A stretch of DNA of 64,000 nt, from positions 1,312,001 to 1,376,000 of the forward strand of contig CAWIIB010000009.1 in the NCBI GenBank assembly GCA_963836075.1. Reading direction: 5' to 3'. This DNA comes from an uncultured Acidobacteriota bacterium (GTDB lineage: Bacteria; Acidobacteriota; JAQAZP01). The notes beneath the pieces were generated by a model. That model had not been told where the DNA came from and searched no databases. It worked only from the letters and a program-made list of their open reading frames with translations. This document shows, piece by piece, positions 59,641 to 64,000 of this stretch. Each line of letters opens with the position of its first letter. Position 1 is the stretch's first letter. Position numbers and translations under genes: made by a program.

Positions 59641-60567
59641 TCAGCTTTCCCCGGGAAAGCCGATGAACAGCACCTCGGTCTCCAGGAAGACGCCGAACTG
59701 CTCCAGGACCCGCTGACGCACCCGCTCTTTCAGCCGGTGGATGTCGGCGGCCGTGGCCGAGCCGCGGTTGAGGATGAAGTTGGCGTGTTTCACCGAAACC
59801 TCGGCGCCGCCTTCGCGCATCCCCTTGCAGCCGGCGGCCTCCACCAGCCGTCCGGCGTAGTCCCCGGGCGGCCTTTTGAAAATGCTGCCCGCCGAGGGGT
59901 AGTCCAGTGGTTGCCGGGCCTCGCGGCGGGCGATGATATCCTCTCGCACCACTTTCAGTTCGGTACCATCTCCCGGCTCGAGGTCCAGGTCGCAGCCGAG
60001 GAGAACCAGATCCTGCAGACCATCGGCCTGGCGGTAGTCGAAGCCCGCCCTGTCCCGGGGCACCTCAACCGCCTCGCCCTCCCGGGTCAGCCCGCGCACC
60101 GTGACGACCCGGTCGCCGATCTCGGTGCCGAAGGCCCCGGCGTTCATCACCAGCGCACCTCCCACCGTGCCGGGAATTCCGGAGAGTTGCTCCAGCCCGG
60201 CCAGCGAATGCTCTTCACAAAAGAGGACCAGGCGTTCCAGGCTGCGGCCGGCCCCCACCCGTACCCGTCCACCGTCCGCCTCCAGCCGGCGGCAGCCGGC
60301 TTCGAGGTTGATCACCAGCCCGCGGAACCCTTCGTCGGCCACCACCATGTTGGTCCCCCGGCCGAGGATCAGGACCGCTATTTCCTCTCGGGCGGCCCGC
60401 TGCAGCAGCAGTTGTACGGCATCGCTGTCCGGGGGGGCGCAATAGGCGTCGGCCGGGCCGCCCACGCCATAGGACGTGTGGACGGCCAGCGATTCCCCGG
60501 CACGGAGAAGTTCCTCGCAGCCGTGGAAGATCCGCTGGATCACCGCCGCTGGCACGGTTCCGGTCAT
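59641..60567 (-). CDS. murB: UDP-N-acetylmuramate dehydrogenase
   Basis: HTSYGVGGPA, GRGTN, GIPGTVGGALVMNAGAFG, QP...PSAGSIFK, KHANFILN, LETEV. Confidence 0.95.
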   Translation of the reverse strand: MTGTVPAAVIQRIFHGCEELLRAGESLAVHTSYGVGGPADAYCAPPDSDAVQLLLQRAAREEIAVLILGRGTNMVVADEGFRGLVINLEAGCRRLEADGGRVRVGAGRSLERLVLFCEEHSLAGLEQLSGIPGTVGGALVMNAGAFGTEIGDRVVTVRGLTREGEAVEVPRDRAGFDYRQADGLQDLVLLGCDLDLEPGDGTELKVVREDIIARREARQPLDYPSAGSIFKRPPGDYAGRLVEAAGCKGMREGGAEVSVKHANFILNRGSATAADIHRLKERVRQRVLEQFGVFLETEVLFIGFPGES

Positions 60568-62792
60568 GGGGCATTCTCCGGCGGCACGGGCTCTGTCCGT
60601 TCCGGTTCCAGGGTATCCTCGAAGAACCGGATCAGCCGTTGGAAGATGTGCATGTGGGCGTTCTCTTCCCGCATGGAGTGGCCCTTGTCGGGGCAGATGA
60701 TCAGTTCGTATGCCTTGCCGGCTTTGTTGAGCGCTGCCGCCATTCTGGCCGTGTTGCGGAAGTGGACGTTGTCGTCGCCGGTGCCGTGGGCCAGCAGCAG
60801 TTTGCCCGCGAGGTTCTTCGCGTGGTTCACCGGTGCGGTGACCTTGTAGCCCCGCTCGTTTTCCGCGGGCAGGCCCATGTAGCGCTCGGTGTAGATGGTG
60901 TCGTATTCACGCCAGTCGGTCACCGGCGCCACCGCCGCCCCGGCGGCAAAGACTCCCGGTGAGCGGAGCATGGCGTTCAGCGCCATGGTGCCGCCGTAGC
61001 TCCAGCCGTAGATCCCGATCCGTTCCGGGTCCACGTAGGGCAGGGTCCGGAGATAGCGCACCCCGCAGAGCTGGTCCTCCAGTTCCTGTTCACCCAGGCG
61101 GCGGTCCACCGCCCGTTCCCAGGCCGCGCCGCGCCGCGCCGACCCGCGGTTGTCCAGCCAGAAGACCACGAAACCCCGCTGGGCCAGCAGCTGCAGCCAG
61201 AGGTTGGTGCTCGATCTCCAGCAGTCCCGGACCACCTGGCCGTGAGGGCCGCCATAGGTGTAGACCACCACCGGGTAGCGGCGGGAGCGGGACATGCCCG
61301 GGGGAAGGAGCAGGGCCGCGGGCAGCCGGGCCCCGTCGCCGGCGCTGACCTCCACAAAGGTGGGCGGGCGCAGGTGGTAGCGCCGCAGGTCATTGCCCGC
61401 CCCCTCGTGGATGATCCCCAGCAGGGTGCCGTCAGCCTGGTGCAGGGTGAACCGCGGCGGGCGGTGGCTCACCGAATGCCGGTCCACGTATGTGCGGCCC
61501 TGGGGGCTCATGGTGATGATGTGCCACCCCGGGGCCTGGGTGATGCGGGTCAGACCACTGCCGTCCAGCCGCACGCGGTAGAGGTGCTGCTCCAGCGGGC
61601 TCCTCTTGCTGGCGGTGAAATAGACAAAACCGGCTGCCTCGTCCAGGCCGGTGACCTTGTCCACCTGCCAGTTGCCGCCGGTGAGCCGCAGCGGTGCGCC
61701 GCCGACGGCGGGGTAGCGGTAGAGGTGCCGCCAGCCGTCCCGCTCCGAGCTCCAGATGAAACCGCCACCCTCCACAAATCGGAGGTCGTCGGAGATGTTG
61801 ACCCAACTGGGGTCGGTCTCCGCCAGCAGCAGTTCCATCTCCCCTGCACCGCCAACCTCAGCGGCCAGCAGTTCCAGCCGTTTCTGGTCCCGGTTCAGCC
61901 GCTGGAGGGCCAGCCGTTTCCCGCCGGGCATCCAGGTCAGGCGGGCCAGGTAGAATTCTCCGTCAAGACCCCGGCCCGGATCGATCCAGTGGACGGCGCC
62001 GCCGGAAGCGTCCACCACGCCCACTTTCACCCGGGCGTTCGCCTCCCCGGGCCGCGGGTAGTACTGCAACGTGATTTCGGGATCCGCCCCGCCATAGTTC
62101 ATCAGCGGCCACTGCCGGACCCCCGACTGATCGAAACGACAGAAGGCGATCCGCCGGCTGTCCGGGGACCAGCAATAGCCGGAATCGAGGTCCAGCTCCT
62201 CCTCGTGGACCCAGTCGGCCGCCCCGTTGATCAGCGGGCCGCCTCCGTCATCGGTCAGCCGCCGTTCCCCGCCGCCGGCGAGATCGACCACGTAGAGGTT
62301 CTGGTCCCGGACAAAGGCCACCCGGGCCGCATCGGGGGAGAACTGCGGGTCACTCTCCTCTCCCGCACCGCGGGTCAGTTGCCGCCAGCTATTTTCTTCG
62401 AGGTCCAGCAGGAAGAGGCCGCTGTCGGTTTCCGCCAGCAGGTGCCGGCCGTCCGGGGACCAGTGGTGGGCCCCGATCGTGGTGATCAGGCCCTGGTCGG
62501 TCTCGCTGTTCCCGGTGGAGGGAAGGGTCTGCGCCAGTTTCTCCGGCTTCCCCGTGGCCAGATCCATGGACAGCAGCCGGGTCTCCTCCCCACTTTCCAG
62601 CAGGAAACTGACCATGTTGTTGTCGGGAGACCATTGGAAATCGGAAGGGTTGTTGCCGGTCACCGGATTTTCGCCGTAGATCGCCTCCACGGTGAGCCGC
62701 TCGTGGATGTCCAGCGGTTCGGCGGCATGAATGACGGCGGGCAGCAGGGCGGCGATGAACAGCGGTAGCAGTGCGGACCAACGGGTCTTCAT
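60564..62792 (-). CDS. Dipeptidyl peptidase IV family (S9B) serine peptidase
   Basis: Signal peptide; DWVHEEE; YGGP; GWSYGG; YDTIYTERYMG; HGTGDDNVH; C-terminal catalytic His. Confidence 0.93.
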   Translation of the reverse strand: MKTRWSALLPLFIAALLPAVIHAAEPLDIHERLTVEAIYGENPVTGNNPSDFQWSPDNNMVSFLLESGEETRLLSMDLATGKPEKLAQTLPSTGNSETDQGLITTIGAHHWSPDGRHLLAETDSGLFLLDLEENSWRQLTRGAGEESDPQFSPDAARVAFVRDQNLYVVDLAGGGERRLTDDGGGPLINGAADWVHEEELDLDSGYCWSPDSRRIAFCRFDQSGVRQWPLMNYGGADPEITLQYYPRPGEANARVKVGVVDASGGAVHWIDPGRGLDGEFYLARLTWMPGGKRLALQRLNRDQKRLELLAAEVGGAGEMELLLAETDPSWVNISDDLRFVEGGGFIWSSERDGWRHLYRYPAVGGAPLRLTGGNWQVDKVTGLDEAAGFVYFTASKRSPLEQHLYRVRLDGSGLTRITQAPGWHIITMSPQGRTYVDRHSVSHRPPRFTLHQADGTLLGIIHEGAGNDLRRYHLRPPTFVEVSAGDGARLPAALLLPPGMSRSRRYPVVVYTYGGPHGQVVRDCWRSSTNLWLQLLAQRGFVVFWLDNRGSARRGAAWERAVDRRLGEQELEDQLCGVRYLRTLPYVDPERIGIYGWSYGGTMALNAMLRSPGVFAAGAAVAPVTDWREYDTIYTERYMGLPAENERGYKVTAPVNHAKNLAGKLLLAHGTGDDNVHFRNTARMAAALNKAGKAYELIICPDKGHSMREENAHMHIFQRLIRFFEDTLEPERTEPVPPENAP

Positions 62793-62985
62793 CGGAGGCT
62801 CCTCATACTGGCCATTGCTGGCAGTGGCGGTTCCGGTGCTCCGCTGCAGAGTCTAGGCGAGCGCTTTGCCGCCGGTCAAGGCGGCCGCCGGTTGACAGCC
62901 CGCGGTGACCGCGAATACCCTTTACCCTCGCTGCGGCCGCGGCGTCTGGACGATTTGTTTTCACGAGAATACCGGAGTTGCCGAC

Positions 62986-64000
62986 ATGCGGAGAAACATC
63001 GTATTTCATGCCCCCGTTCTGATGATCATCCTTGGCTCTCTCCTCTTCCTGCCCTCCTGCGGGAAGACGGAGAGCGGTGAAGCGCAGCCCACCCCGGAGA
63101 GCGTGGCCGCGGAAACCGCGCAATCGGTCACCGGCGGACCCTCCGGTACTGCTGGTCACCGTGGATACCCTGCGCGCCGACCGCCTCTCCTGTTACGGGT
63201 ACACCGGCGGGTCCACTCCCTACCTCGACGAGCTGGCCGCCTCGGGCGCGCTGTTCGAGGACGCGGTTACCCCGGTCCCGATCACCCTGCCCTCCCATGC
63301 CACGATTCTCACCGGGCTCTATCCGTCGACACTGGGGATACACAACAACGGGACCTACCGGCTGGGGCAGCAGGCGGTGACCCTGGCCGAGCTGTTCCGG
63401 GACGCCGGCTACCGCACCGGCGCCTTTATCGGTTCCTACGTGCTCGACTCCGTGTTCGGCCTGGACCAGGGCTTCGACAACTATGACGACAAGATGCCTG
63501 AACGTCGCGGCACCGCCCTCACCCAGCGCCGGGCCGACCTGGTGGTCAGCTCAGCGGTGAAATGGCTGGCTGTGAAGAGCCCCAAACCGTTCTTCGCCTG
63601 GATCCATATCTGGGACCCCCATTTCCCATACACTCCGCCGGAGCCGATGAAGAGCCGGTTCCCCGACAACCCCTACTTCGGCGAAGTGGTTTTTGTGGAC
63701 GCCCAGATCGGGCTGCTGCTCAAGTCGTTGAAAGCGTTGGGGTTCGATGGTGAGAACCTGCTGGTGGCCCTAACCTCAGATCATGGTGAAGGCCTGGGCG
63801 AGCATGACGAATCGAGCCACGGAGTCTTTATCTACGACAGCACCCTGCGGGTGCCGCTGCTGATGCGGATGGGCGGGAAGATCGACGGTGGCCAGCGGGT
63901 TCCGCACATGGTGCGGACCCTCGACATCGCTCCCACCCTGCTCGACCTGGTGGGGCTCCCATTGCCCGACGGCATTGAAGGTGTGTCGCTGGTTCCGCTG
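62986..64000 (+). CDS. Sulfatase-like hydrolase/transferase lipoprotein; frameshift near 63145; runs off the right edge
   Basis: Lipobox LPSC; from 63146 the other frame reads VLLVTVDTLRAD...PITLPSHATILTGLYP...WDPH...SDHGEGLGEH and stays open to the window end. Confidence 0.85.

Overview
GC-rich bacterial chromosomal segment, probably from an uncultured Acidobacteriota-like genome (inferred from the HslU N-terminus style, the TPR/CsgG-like/Omp85 trio and a TLPSH-type sulfatase). About 45 genes; no rRNA, tRNA, CRISPR array or transposase was seen. The standout is a six-gene, mostly translationally coupled minus-strand operon (17491->3375) that appears to encode an RND-ABC hybrid exporter. It contains a free ABC ATPase, an ABC-2 permease fused to a catalytically degenerate M1-peptidase-like domain plus a golvesin/xanthan-lyase-type C-terminal domain, an MFP, an RND permease, a second RND permease fused to an ABC ATPase whose NBD is interrupted by a ~188-aa membrane insert, and a second ABC-2 permease. 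Other points of interest: a propeptide-less matrixin preceded by two paralogous secreted proteins (candidate trans-acting pro-domains), an in-frame GatB::peptidase-MA fusion coupled to ftsEX, a peptidase/PD40/Omp85 operon, and an LptM-like FN3 lipoprotein before dapF. The window also holds dprA-xerC-hslVU, an ArsR/PII-like/DUF2892 RND cluster, a full Pho locus with visible Pho boxes, a decayed FG-GAP-like gene remnant and several families of palindromic intergenic repeats. Three clear single-base frameshifts (tolC, phoU, sulfatase) and one possible one (pstB) may be assembly errors. All calls come from motif recognition by eye; no database searches were run.
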